DNA of 64,000 nucleotides from an uncultured delta proteobacterium (GTDB lineage: Bacteria > Desulfobacterota > Desulfobacteria > Desulfobacterales > JAHEIW01), in contig CAVPNL010000004.1 of the NCBI GenBank assembly GCA_963706575.1, positions 416,001 to 480,000 on the forward strand. Direction: 5' to 3'. How positions within the stretch are numbered: the stretch's first letter is position 1; each line of letters begins with the position of its first letter. Below, piece by piece: positions 1 to 9,591 of the stretch. A model generated the notes under the pieces. It was not told where the DNA came from. It searched no databases and saw only the letters and a program-made list of their open reading frames with translations. The position numbers were made by a program, and so were the translations under genes.

Positions 1-774
1 ATGATCGAATTTGTAACCGTCGCAATAGGCTTCAACAATCTGTATTTCAGCTTTGCGCGGGACCAGGATTTCCTGAAACATGTCCGCAATATCATAATAC
101 TTGGGTGCCATGCCGGCATACTCCCAATCGATGATATACATGGGCAGCTCGTATTTGTGCAGCGCATCTTCTCTAATGAGTATGAAATTGTCGGCCAGCA
201 GATCGTTGTGGCAGGGGGCATATTCAGATTCGGGGATGTTGATAATACTCGACAGTTTGATAAGGCGATCGATGGTGCCCGCAATGTCAAATTCCGGATA
301 GTCCACCTTGAGCCCCCTGAGGATGGCTGACATCTTCATCACTTCCACCAGGGGATTAAAAATTTTTTCCAAATTTACGCCGCTGGTGTGAATTTTGCGG
401 ATCGGGTCAACGATTTTGGGATACAGCGCTTTGTCCAGAAAGTGATCGTTTGTCAAAACAATGGCATCATCGATGAATTCAACAATGGTAACGCCTTTCT
501 CAGGCATATATTTGATCATATTGGAGGATACGCCGACTTTTGACATTTCCCGGATCGCCTGGGCCTCATAGTCGCGGTTGATAAAAAGATCGGTTTTATC
601 CCCGTAGATCCGAACGGTGTAATCGCCTTTTTCAGACTGAACCCGGTACAGTTTATTGGTTATTCCGCCGCTTAGCTGTGTGATATGGACATCAAGGCCT
701 TTCCATTCCGGCAAAAGTTCATAACAGGCTTCCCGGGTGAATTCCTGATCCAAAAGGCGCGTTGCCGAGCACAT
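1..774 (-). CDS. Choline/ethanolamine kinase family phosphotransferase (3' end outside window)
   Basis: Missing from the ORF track because the stop lies outside the window. Manual translation from ATG at 774 (RBS AAGGAGG): MCSATRLL...LSGGITNKLY...CHNDLLADNF (Brenner motif)...IIDWEYAG (choline kinase motif). Confidence 0.85.
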   Translation of the reverse strand, partial: MCSATRLLDQEFTREACYELLPEWKGLDVHITQLSGGITNKLYRVQSEKGDYTVRIYGDKTDLFINRDYEAQAIREMSKVGVSSNMIKYMPEKGVTIVEFIDDAIVLTNDHFLDKALYPKIVDPIRKIHTSGVNLEKIFNPLVEVMKMSAILRGLKVDYPEFDIAGTIDRLIKLSSIINIPESEYAPCHNDLLADNFILIREDALHKYELPMYIIDWEYAGMAPKYYDIADMFQEILVPRKAEIQIVEAYCDGYKFDH

Positions 775-1174
775 GTCGATTCCCCTCCTTTTTTTGGTCT
801 AAAACAGTTCAACCGTCAGTTGCCGGTTTACACTCAATGCCGTTTACTTAAACGCGAAAAATATAACGGAGAAATGCACTGAGTCAATCTCTTTTTTAGT
901 TGTTGTTTCTGTCTTTACAGATGAGCGCCGTCCGAAGGGACGCTGCTGGCAGGGAGATCACAAAGGTTCGTCCGTATATCTGATATCCGGCGCCAACACA
1001 TAAAACTTGACAGCACTTTATTCAACGATGTAGGTAAACAGAATCAACAAAAAGAAACAGACCTGGGAGGCGATGAACCAGCGCCGTAGCGCCTAGTGTA
1101 ACACGCTTAAACTGTTGCATTTTTATCGATTTGAGTGGAGGTTAACCCAAACACCATGAAAGGAGCCCAGTAGA

Positions 1175-2224
1175 ATGAAAAGACGCGATTTTCTAAAAAA
1201 AGCAGGTGTGGGAGCCGCTGCCGTGGCAGCCACAACGGTAAACGCACCCTTTGTGCATGCGGCCAAGAAAACGACCATCAAGTGGCGGATGCAAACGTAT
1301 GCCGGCCCTGCCCTATCTGCGCATGTCTGCAAACCGGCAATCGATGCCTTTAACAAGGTCGCCGATGGCGAGATGGTGATCGAATTGTACAATTCTGATC
1401 AGCTGGTGCCCACGGGTGAGCTGTTTAGAGCCATGCAGAAGGGGACCATTGACGCCGTCCAGAGTGATGATGACTCCATTGCGGCACCCGTAGACGTGTC
1501 CATTTTTGGTGCTTACTTCCCGTTTGCGTCACGCTACTCGCTGGATGTTCCCGCACTATTTAACTGGTATGGGCTGAACGAAATCTGGCAGGAAGCCTTC
1601 GCTGAAGTAAAAGGCGTCACCTGGCTGAGTGCCGGGGCCTGGGATCCCTGCAATTTCGCCAGCACCAAACCGATCCGACACCTTGCAGATCTCAAGGGAC
1701 TGAGAATGTTTATGTTTCCCACCGGCGGCCGGTTCATGCAACAATTCGGCGTCATCCCGGTGGCCCTGCCCTGGGAGGACATTGAGATGGCGGTTCAAAC
1801 GGGTGAACTGGATGGGGTTGCCTGGTCCGGCATCACCGAGGATTATACGGTCGGATGGGCGGATGTCACCAAATATTATCTGACCAACCCCATCTCCGGT
1901 GCCTGGGCGGGTTCGTATTATGCGAACTCCGATTCATGGAACGCCCTGCCGGAGCGCCTGAAGACGTTGTTCCGTCTTCAAATGGACAGTTCCCACTACT
2001 ATCGGCAACACTGGTACTGGTGGGGTGAGGCGCACTACCGCACCAAAGGTGGTAAATTAGAACTTACCTCCATCCCCGCAGAGGAGTGGAAACAGGTGGA
2101 AGATGCGGCTCTCAAATTCTGGGACGAGACTGCCAAAAAGAGCCCCAGGAGTGCCAAGGTCGTAAAAATACTCAAAGAGTACGCCCAAACCATGAAAGAC
2201 GCCGGTCCTCCCTACCGGTACTAA
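1175..2224 (+). CDS. dctP: TRAP transporter substrate-binding protein with Tat signal peptide
   Basis: MKRRDFLKK twin-arginine signal; WRMQTY, DLKGLRM and LQTG.LDG-like (VQTGELDG) motifs; followed by dctQ and dctM. Confidence 0.92.
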   Translation: MKRRDFLKKAGVGAAAVAATTVNAPFVHAAKKTTIKWRMQTYAGPALSAHVCKPAIDAFNKVADGEMVIELYNSDQLVPTGELFRAMQKGTIDAVQSDDDSIAAPVDVSIFGAYFPFASRYSLDVPALFNWYGLNEIWQEAFAEVKGVTWLSAGAWDPCNFASTKPIRHLADLKGLRMFMFPTGGRFMQQFGVIPVALPWEDIEMAVQTGELDGVAWSGITEDYTVGWADVTKYYLTNPISGAWAGSYYANSDSWNALPERLKTLFRLQMDSSHYYRQHWYWWGEAHYRTKGGKLELTSIPAEEWKQVEDAALKFWDETAKKSPRSAKVVKILKEYAQTMKDAGPPYRY

Positions 2225-2253
2225 TGAATTGGGCATCAGCATTTATGATCGCA

Positions 2254-2309
2254 TAGCGGTGGCCTTCCCTGGCTGCAAAATAGAACCGGTCAGGGAAGGT
2301 AGACCGCTA
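2254..2309 (+). terminator. Stem-loop after dctP (terminator or mRNA stabiliser)
   Basis: TAGCGGTGGCCTTCCCTGGCTG ... CCGGTCAGGGAAGGTAGACCGCTA, an imperfect inverted repeat just after the dctP stop. Confidence 0.55.
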
Positions 2310-2517
2310 AAACCCCGGATTAAAACTTCATTGAGCGATTTATTACCAAGAGAAGTGCCGAGATATTGATGCCTTAGGATCCACGAAAACGCTATATCCG
2401 CATTTGGCGGATTTAGGGTTGGGCGCGAATCACTTCTGCATCATGGATTCGGTGCAGATCGTGTAAAAAATCGCTTGATTCAATTATGGGTAAAGGGACT
2501 TAAGGAAAGGGGCAACG

Positions 2518-3030
2518 ATGCCTAAAGCAGTTAAAACCTTCGTGCGCGCTGTTGAGAAAACGAACAAAATTGTAGGCAAGTTCTCCATGTATCTGGTCTT
2601 CGCTATGATGGGGATCCTGCTCTACGAACCGGTTGCCCGAAACCTCTTCGGTAAGTCAAGCATATGGGCGGTTGAGATGGCGCAATTCACGATGGCCGCT
2701 TATTACCTGCTTGGCGGTGGATACTCCATGATTCTCAAAGGGCATGTTAGAATGGATCTGCTCTATGGCCGGTGGTCGGACAGGAAAAAGGCTTTTGTTG
2801 ACGCTATTACCTGCCTTTTCTTAATCTTCTACCTGGTGTTTCTCCTGGTCGGCGCCTATTCCAGCATTGAATACGCTGTCATGTACGGGCAAAGAAATCG
2901 ATCCGCATGGGCACCCTATATGGCGCCCATCAAGATTATTATGGGGACCGGCGTTCTGCTGATGCTGTTGCAGGCGATGGCAACATTTTTCAAGGATCTG
3001 GCAAAGGCGAGAGGAGAAGATATAACATGA
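2518..3030 (+). CDS. dctQ: TRAP transporter small permease
   Basis: 170 aa, about 4 TM segments, GHVRMDLLY motif. Confidence 0.9.
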   Translation: MPKAVKTFVRAVEKTNKIVGKFSMYLVFAMMGILLYEPVARNLFGKSSIWAVEMAQFTMAAYYLLGGGYSMILKGHVRMDLLYGRWSDRKKAFVDAITCLFLIFYLVFLLVGAYSSIEYAVMYGQRNRSAWAPYMAPIKIIMGTGVLLMLLQAMATFFKDLAKARGEDIT

Positions 3031-4352
3031 GCTATGAAATGATTGCGATACTGATATTCAGTTCGATGATGCTCATGCTTCTCACCGGGCAGCGTGTCTT
3101 TGGTGCCATTGGTGGGGTCGCCACTATTTTCGCCCTGATGCTTTGGGGCAAAGGTGCTGCGGAGATGCCCTTTAACTCGGCCTTTGCCTTACTGAACTGG
3201 TATCCGCTGCTAACCCTGCCGTTATTCGTCTATATGGGGTATATGTTTTCCGAGTCGGGAATCGCAAGTGACCTCTACAAAATGTTCCATGTCTGGATGG
3301 GGTCGGTCAAAGGTGGATTAGCCATCGGAACGATGGGGCTCATGGTCGCCGTATCCGCTATGAACGGGTTAAGTGTCGCCGGCATGGCGATTGGTGCGAG
3401 TCTGGCTTTACCGGAAATGCTCAAGCGAAAATATGACAAGGTCATGGTCACCGGCGTCATCCAGGCGGGCAGTTCCCTGGGCATTATGGTCCCGCCCAGC
3501 GTGGTGCTCGTTCTCTATGGCATGATCGCCAGGCAACCTGTCGGCCAGCTATGGCTGGCCGGTGTCTTCCCGGGCCTCCTGCTGGCCGGCTTGTTTATTT
3601 TATACATCGCGATCAGATGCAAACTGCAGCCCCACTTGGGTCCATCGTTATCCAAGCAAGAGCTGGCGACCATAACCTGGGGGCAGAAGTTGCGATTGCT
3701 CAGGGCCGGGGTAGTCCCGCTTGTCATTATTTTTTCCATGACTGGGCTTTTCCTGCTGGGGATTACTAGTCTGGTCCAGTGTTCGGCGGCAGGTGCATTA
3801 GCAACCACCCTTGCCGCTCTCGCCAAAGGCCGGTTAAGCAGGAAGGTGCTGGATGAGACCTTAAAGAGTACGCTGAGCGTTAGCTGCATGTTCATGTGGG
3901 TGATTCTGGCGGCGCTCTGTTTTGGTGCGGTCTTTGACGGTCTGGGTGCGGTGCATGCGATAAAGTCCCTATTTATCGAAAGGTGGGGTCTCAGTCCATT
4001 CGGGATACTCGTGATGATGCAGTTGTCCTACATCCTGATGGGCATGTTTCTGGACGATACGGCCATGCTCATCATTGTCGCCCCCCTTTATGTTCCCCTG
4101 GTAATCAGCCTGGGTTATAACCCGATCTGGTACGGTGTTCTCTACACCATCACCTGTCAGATTGCCTACATGACGCCTCCTTTCGGCTATAACCTTTTTC
4201 TGATGAAGGCTATGGCGCCACCGGAGGTATCGCTGGGGGATATCTACCGCTCGATCGTACCCTTTGTACTGGTTATGCTTGTCGGTTTAATCATTGTCAT
4301 GCTGTTTCCCGGGATTGCCCTTTGGTTGCCCAATTTATATTTCGGGAGATGA
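3027..4352 (+). CDS. dctM: TRAP transporter large permease
   Basis: Start ATG overlaps the dctQ stop (ATGA); LPLFVYMG, SSLGIMVPPS and TPPFGYNLF motifs. Confidence 0.92.
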   Translation: MSYEMIAILIFSSMMLMLLTGQRVFGAIGGVATIFALMLWGKGAAEMPFNSAFALLNWYPLLTLPLFVYMGYMFSESGIASDLYKMFHVWMGSVKGGLAIGTMGLMVAVSAMNGLSVAGMAIGASLALPEMLKRKYDKVMVTGVIQAGSSLGIMVPPSVVLVLYGMIARQPVGQLWLAGVFPGLLLAGLFILYIAIRCKLQPHLGPSLSKQELATITWGQKLRLLRAGVVPLVIIFSMTGLFLLGITSLVQCSAAGALATTLAALAKGRLSRKVLDETLKSTLSVSCMFMWVILAALCFGAVFDGLGAVHAIKSLFIERWGLSPFGILVMMQLSYILMGMFLDDTAMLIIVAPLYVPLVISLGYNPIWYGVLYTITCQIAYMTPPFGYNLFLMKAMAPPEVSLGDIYRSIVPFVLVMLVGLIIVMLFPGIALWLPNLYFGR

Positions 4353-4598
4353 AGTCAGTAAATGGTGATCAAGCGCAAGGGGTCTTTTTTGTCCTTAGCC
4401 CTATCAATGGCATTTATTTTTTTAAAAAATTTAGATAATTGGCTTGCTTTTGACCTATGGATAGATTAATCTGTAAACATTCAATAAAGCCCCGTCTTTA
4501 ACTGACGGGCAATTTCTTTCTGAAGGAACAATTACATTTTCCAATGTGAAGTCCTCCAGTTTGAGATTATGAAAATATTAAAGAAGGAGGATATTCAC

Positions 4599-4799
4599 AT
4601 GGCAGAGGGAACAGTTAAATGGTTTAGTGACCGCAAGGGTTTCGGTTTTATTGAGCAGGAAGACGGACCGGATGTGTTTGTTCATCATTCAGCAATCAAT
4701 GCAGAAGGTTTTAAATCTCTCAATGAAGGCGACCGCGTTACTTTTGACATCGAGCAAGGGCAAAAAGGTCCTGCCGCTGCAAATGTGACTGTAGTTTAA
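4599..4799 (+). CDS. csp: Cold-shock protein (CspA family)
   Basis: GTVKWF, RNP1 KGFGFI, RNP2 VFVHHS; RBS AAGGAGG before ATG 4599. Confidence 0.97.
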   Translation: MAEGTVKWFSDRKGFGFIEQEDGPDVFVHHSAINAEGFKSLNEGDRVTFDIEQGQKGPAAANVTVV

Positions 4800-4817
4800 C
4801 TTTCGTTTCAGAATATA

Positions 4818-4856
4818 AAGGGCATCCTTCGATTAGAGAGGGATGCCCTTTTGTTT
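4818..4856 (+). terminator. Rho-independent terminator after csp
   Basis: AAAGGGCATCC-loop-GGATGCCCTTT followed by a T-rich tail. Confidence 0.8.
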
Positions 4857-4970
4857 CCTTTGAATTCGTATCTGTCCGATCCGACATTACAAGACCTTAA
4901 GCCCTAAAAAAATCCTGTCCGAATTCCTTTTCATCACCATCAAGACTAACGACCTGCGAGGTAACACAAT

Positions 4971-5156
4971 ATGGCGAAATCACATTTTTCATTTAAAAAG
5001 CGCCAGAAAGAATTGGCAAGGAAAAAAAAACAAGAGGAAAAAAGACAACGCAAACTGGCTAAAAACACTGACATATCAGAGGAGGCTTCCGAGGAGACTT
5101 CAGAGCAGCCTGAAGAACAGTCTCAAGATCAGCCTCTGGATGCAAAAATTGATTGA
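4971..5156 (+). CDS. Small hypothetical protein, basic N-terminus and acidic C-terminus
   Basis: RBS GAGG upstream; 61 aa; K/R-rich helix followed by an E-rich tail. Confidence 0.7.
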   Translation: MAKSHFSFKKRQKELARKKKQEEKRQRKLAKNTDISEEASEETSEQPEEQSQDQPLDAKID

Positions 5157-5169
5157 ACCATAAGGGGGA

Positions 5170-6084
5170 ATGTTGTTTCAAGCTTTAGCGGGAGCAGTTC
5201 GGGGCAGTTTATCCCTGATTTTGTATGTTTTGAACACGGTATTCTGGTGCATACCGTTGTTTGTGATGGCGGCCGCCAAGGCGGCGGTTCCTTCGGAATC
5301 CTGGATGCGAAAATGCAGCCGGATGCTAAACGCCATTGCCGAAAACTGGATCTGGGTCAACAACCAAAACCAGAAACTGGTCGGAAATACGGGTTGGGAC
5401 GTTCAAGGTATGGAGACGATGGAACGGTCCGGATGGTATCTGGTTCTGGCCAATCACCAATCCTGGGTGGATATCCTGGTGCTTCAGCGGATATTTCATC
5501 GCAAAATCCCGTTTTTGAAGTTTTTTATTAAAAAAGAGCTTTTGTGGCTTCCAATGCTGGGCCAGGCATGGTGGGCGATGGATTTTCCGTTTGTAAAAAG
5601 ATACACGAAAAGCGATCTCCAAAAAAAACCGCACTTAAAAGGCAAAGATTTAGAAATAACGCGCAAAGCCTGTCAGAAGTTTAAAACAATCCCGGTTTCT
5701 ATTATGAATTTTGTGGAAGGTACCCGTTTCACAAATGAGAAGCATCACAAGCAGCAATCACCCTTTCCTCACCTACTTAAACCAAAGGCCGGCGGTATTG
5801 CGTTGGTGCTCAGCTCCATGGGAGAACAAATTCAGCGCGTACTGGATGTTACCATCGTGTATCCCGACGGCGTCACAAACTTTTGGGCACTTCTCTGTGG
5901 TAAAATCCGCAAGATTAAGGTTCGCGTGCGATCACTGCCGGTGAACGCTGAGCTGCTCGGTGATTATGCCAATGATGGGCACTTTCGGGCCGGGCTGCAG
6001 GATTGGCTGAACAACATATGGGCAGAAAAAAACCGAATCATCGAAGAGATGATGACTTCAGGAACGATGCTTTCCGGCAGATAA
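5170..6084 (+). CDS. Lysophospholipid acyltransferase (PlsC superfamily, YihG-like)
   Basis: NHQSWVD (HX4D), FFIKKEL and FVEGTRF motifs. Confidence 0.9.
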   Translation: MLFQALAGAVRGSLSLILYVLNTVFWCIPLFVMAAAKAAVPSESWMRKCSRMLNAIAENWIWVNNQNQKLVGNTGWDVQGMETMERSGWYLVLANHQSWVDILVLQRIFHRKIPFLKFFIKKELLWLPMLGQAWWAMDFPFVKRYTKSDLQKKPHLKGKDLEITRKACQKFKTIPVSIMNFVEGTRFTNEKHHKQQSPFPHLLKPKAGGIALVLSSMGEQIQRVLDVTIVYPDGVTNFWALLCGKIRKIKVRVRSLPVNAELLGDYANDGHFRAGLQDWLNNIWAEKNRIIEEMMTSGTMLSGR

Positions 6085-6154
6085 ATATCAAATCAGTTTC
6101 TCAAAGAAATACGATTCCCCACCGAAAAAATCAAATAGAGAATAACTGACAGAA

Positions 6155-7432
6155 CTAGCGCTTATTGATCGGAACAAACTGGGTTTGGGTCGGACCGGTG
6201 TATATCTGACGGGGACGACCGAGTTTCCAGTTGGGATCATCCAGACTTTCTTTCCATTGCGCGATCCAGCCCGGCAGCCTGCCGATGGCGAACATTACCG
6301 TAAACATGTTGGTGGGGATACCGATGGCCCGCAGGACAATGCCGCTGTAAAAATCGACATTGGGATACAGATTGTGCTCAACGAAATAATCATCTTTTCT
6401 GGCAACCACTTCCAGCTCCTTGGCGATATCCAGCAGCGGATCGGATATATCTAATTTGTTTAATAATGAGTCGCACATTTTTTTCATAATCTTGGCCCGC
6501 GGGTCATAGGTTTTGTAAACCCGGTGACCGAACCCCATCAAGCGGAAGGGGTCTTTTTTATCCTTGGCTCTTTCAATGGCTTGCGCCATATTCTTTTTTT
6601 GGGCGATATCGCTGAGCATCTCAATAACAGCCTGATTGGCCCCGCCGTGCAACGGGCCCCACAGCGCGGCGATGCCGGCCGAAATGGCGGCATAAAGGTT
6701 AACCCGGGCACTTCCCACCAGGCGCACCGCCGATGTCGAGCAGTTTTGTTCATGATCGGCATGTAAAATCCAGAACACGCGCAAAGCGTTGACGACATCA
6801 TTATCAATCTCGTAAGGTTTGACCGGCGAATCAAACATCATATTTAAAAAATTGGCGCAGTAAGCCAGATCGGGCCTCGGGTACACTACCTTGTGGCCCC
6901 TTGAAATTTTATAAGATATCGCCGCCAGCGTTCTAATCTTGGACAGCAGGCGGGTTACGGTCATATTAATCTCTTCTTCCAGATTATGAAGTTCAGGGTA
7001 AAAGCTTCTCAGGGCATTGACCATCGACGACAGAATCCCCATGGGATGGGAAGAGCGTGGAAAGTTTTCATAAAAGGCCCGCATATCTTCGTGCACCAGG
7101 GAGTTGTCATTGAGCAGTACCGAAAAACGCGTCAACTCTTCGCGATCGGGCAATCTGCCATGGATCAAAAGATAAACGGTCTCTTTAAAGGTGGCCTTCT
7201 CGGCCAGCTCTTCAACCGGGATACCGCGATACCTCAAAATCCCCTTTTCCCCATCCATAAAGGTAATTGCACTGGCGCAGCTGCCGGTATTGGCATAGCC
7301 GGGGTCCAGTGTGATAAAACCGGTGCTTGCGCGCAGCTGCGAAATATCGATGGCCTTCTCTCCTTCTGAGCCCTCGACAAGCGGAAGTTCATATTCTTTA
7401 CCGTCATAAACCAATTTTATTGTATCTGACAT
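6155..7432 (-). CDS. gltA: Citrate synthase
   Basis: DGEKGILRYRG, HADHEQNCS, GPLHGGANQ, GFGHRVYK and PNVDFYSG motifs; start set at ATG 7432. Confidence 0.97.
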   Translation of the reverse strand: MSDTIKLVYDGKEYELPLVEGSEGEKAIDISQLRASTGFITLDPGYANTGSCASAITFMDGEKGILRYRGIPVEELAEKATFKETVYLLIHGRLPDREELTRFSVLLNDNSLVHEDMRAFYENFPRSSHPMGILSSMVNALRSFYPELHNLEEEINMTVTRLLSKIRTLAAISYKISRGHKVVYPRPDLAYCANFLNMMFDSPVKPYEIDNDVVNALRVFWILHADHEQNCSTSAVRLVGSARVNLYAAISAGIAALWGPLHGGANQAVIEMLSDIAQKKNMAQAIERAKDKKDPFRLMGFGHRVYKTYDPRAKIMKKMCDSLLNKLDISDPLLDIAKELEVVARKDDYFVEHNLYPNVDFYSGIVLRAIGIPTNMFTVMFAIGRLPGWIAQWKESLDDPNWKLGRPRQIYTGPTQTQFVPINKR

Positions 7433-7620
7433 CGCTGCTCTCACTTTCAATTACAAAAGGATTTGTGAAGTAACCGATATGCGATTGATTCGTTTTGTTC
7501 TCTTAGTGCAAAATCTCCAGACGCCACTTCTAAGAAAATAAGCTCTATCTGTCAATTCTTAACTGATTTTATCCAGGATCGTTTACTTGTCAAGTTCTGT
7601 GTGGTAAAAAGCTCAAATCT

Positions 7621-7742
7621 GGAGTAATGCAGTAGTGGAGCAAAATCAATTGCGGATTGCAGATTTAAAACGCCATCGTGCATGTCCTTAAAATCCGAAA
7701 TCCGAAATCTACATTCCGAAATCTTGTCTACTGCATTACTCC
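7621..7742. repeat. Nested inverted element with octamer outer arms and heptamer inner arms
   Basis: GGAGTAATGCAGTAG / CTACTGCATTACTCC is a perfect 15-bp inverted repeat; inside, TTGCGGATTGCAGATTT faces AAATCCGAAATCCGAAATC. Confidence 0.8.
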
Positions 7743-7820
7743 GGTAACAGCTAGCCTCGACAGTAGCGATAAAAACTCGCAGATCGATTTGTGCTAAACC
7801 ATTCTAGTGGGGGGAACTCC

Positions 7821-8609
7821 ATGTCCTTCAAAGAAAACCTGCTGACCAAATTAAAAATTGACAATCTGGCCCATAAGGTCATTGCCTCGATCGGACCGGT
7901 GGAAAGCGGCAGCAAAGTCGACAAAGTCGCCATGCGCAGCCTGCTGGAAATGAGCTCCTATCAGCATCAGAAAGAGCGGGATCTGGATCTGTACGTCGAA
8001 GCGATTGATCAGGAGCGGAAAAAGATTTTTGTCCTGGACAACGAACTGCCGATTTATCAGACGACCATTGATGACGTGGTCATACGTAAAAGCCCGCTCA
8101 TCAAAGAAATGGTCAAAATCCGCAACATCATCAAAATTCTCAAAGACGCCGATGTGAAGCTGAGCCGCAAAGACGAATCCGTTCTCGCCATTCAAAAAGA
8201 ATGCACCGATCAGCTCGATCTTTCTTTTAATGCCACCGACATCGATGAAATTGCCAGAGACGGGCAGGCAGCTTTGGAAAGGGACTATCCCGAAGGGGTG
8301 ATCGAATGCCTGGAGCTGTTCGCCGAACTACTGGATTACAGGCCGGCACCCAAAGCGTTTCAGCTCGGTCGTCATAAAATTGTCGGGGCGCTGACACCCA
8401 AAGCCGGCGGTGAAGTTTTATATGGCCCCATGATAATTTACAGCCTGATCCACGGCACCCTCAAACTCATCGATGAGCAAATAAGCAGCTTCGATAAAAC
8501 CAAAATAGAGCTTGCGCAACAGGTCGCTGCCGGCAAACAAAAGGCTGCTGTTGAAGGCCCTGACGTATTTGAGTACTTAAAAAATACGGTTTTGGAAAAA
8601 AAGGGGTAA
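7821..8609 (+). CDS. Hypothetical protein
   Basis: Long ORF filling the gap, RBS GGGGGAA before ATG 7821; no motif recognised. Confidence 0.75.
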   Translation: MSFKENLLTKLKIDNLAHKVIASIGPVESGSKVDKVAMRSLLEMSSYQHQKERDLDLYVEAIDQERKKIFVLDNELPIYQTTIDDVVIRKSPLIKEMVKIRNIIKILKDADVKLSRKDESVLAIQKECTDQLDLSFNATDIDEIARDGQAALERDYPEGVIECLELFAELLDYRPAPKAFQLGRHKIVGALTPKAGGEVLYGPMIIYSLIHGTLKLIDEQISSFDKTKIELAQQVAAGKQKAAVEGPDVFEYLKNTVLEKKG

Positions 8610-8687
8610 AGTCTTTATCCCGGCCCATAAGGCCGGCGTTATCTACGTTAAAAAATTTACCGGAAATCATTAGGGTATTGCCGCATT

Positions 8688-9062
8688 CTATTTTTTCTTG
8701 CGAGCTTTTTTCGCTTTTTTTATCTTTTGAATGAGGTCGTTCAGGTCGGGCGGTTTTTCGATCACATCCAGAGCCCCGAGTGCTCTGGCCTCGATACGCT
8801 TTTCGTCAGGCACGTTACCGGTCAGAAGGATAATTTGCACTTCGGGCTGCCTTGTCTTCATCAGTTTTAAGGCCTTGAACCCGTCCAGTGCCGGCATCAT
8901 GAAATCCATGATAACGACGTCATAGAATTCTTCTTCAATCATATTGAGGGCATCCTCGGCCGAAGAAGCGGTTGAAACATCCATTCCACGCGCACCTATC
9001 CGCTCTGCAATGATATCTAAAAAATCCTTTTCATCGTCGACGATCAATACCTTTGCTGACAT
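8688..9062 (-). CDS. Single-domain response regulator (REC)
   Basis: VLIVDDE, VVIMDFMMP, LLTG and IEKP motifs. Confidence 0.9.
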   Translation of the reverse strand: MSAKVLIVDDEKDFLDIIAERIGARGMDVSTASSAEDALNMIEEEFYDVVIMDFMMPALDGFKALKLMKTRQPEVQIILLTGNVPDEKRIEARALGALDVIEKPPDLNDLIQKIKKAKKARKKK

Positions 9063-9079
9063 GCAATACACCTCGGCAA

Positions 9080-9523
9080 CTAATCATCTTCCAAGACCGA
9101 CCGGGGGGAGGAGATGCTTTCACTTCCCATTGCCGTTCGTATGCGCTCCTCGTGCTCGTCTTTTCGCGCAAACGCCTTCTTGATCTTGCTGTCCAATTCT
9201 TCCGTATCACAGGGTTTCATGAGAAAATCAAATGCACCCAGTTTCATGCCTTCGATCGCAGTTTCCACCGTTCCCTGTCCGGTTAACATGATGACTTCGG
9301 TCAATGGTTTTAATGTTTTGATTTCACGAAGAACCTCTATTCCGTCAGTACCCGGCATGGCCACGTCCAGGATAACCACATCATAGTTGAATTTTCTGAC
9401 CTTCTCGAGAGCATCTTCGCCATCTAAGGATGTGGTAATTTCATAATCGCGAATAGCCAATCGTTCAGATAAAGCGTCAACAAATTGTTCCTCGTCATCA
9501 ACTAATAGTACCCGTGTTTTCAT
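9080..9523 (-). CDS. Single-domain response regulator (REC)
   Basis: VLLVDDE, VILDVAMPG, MLTGQG and FLMKP motifs. Confidence 0.93.
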   Translation of the reverse strand: MKTRVLLVDDEEQFVDALSERLAIRDYEITTSLDGEDALEKVRKFNYDVVILDVAMPGTDGIEVLREIKTLKPLTEVIMLTGQGTVETAIEGMKLGAFDFLMKPCDTEELDSKIKKAFARKDEHEERIRTAMGSESISSPRSVLEDD

Positions 9524-9591
9524 ATCCAGCCTTTCTTGTATGACTTATTTCAGGGGTTCTTGAGTTACATGCAAAAAAAATAATTAGCCAA

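Noticed and set aside
1..330. Plus-strand ORFs 1..330 and 101..301
   Set aside because: Antisense shadows of the minus-strand kinase gene, which carries clear family motifs.
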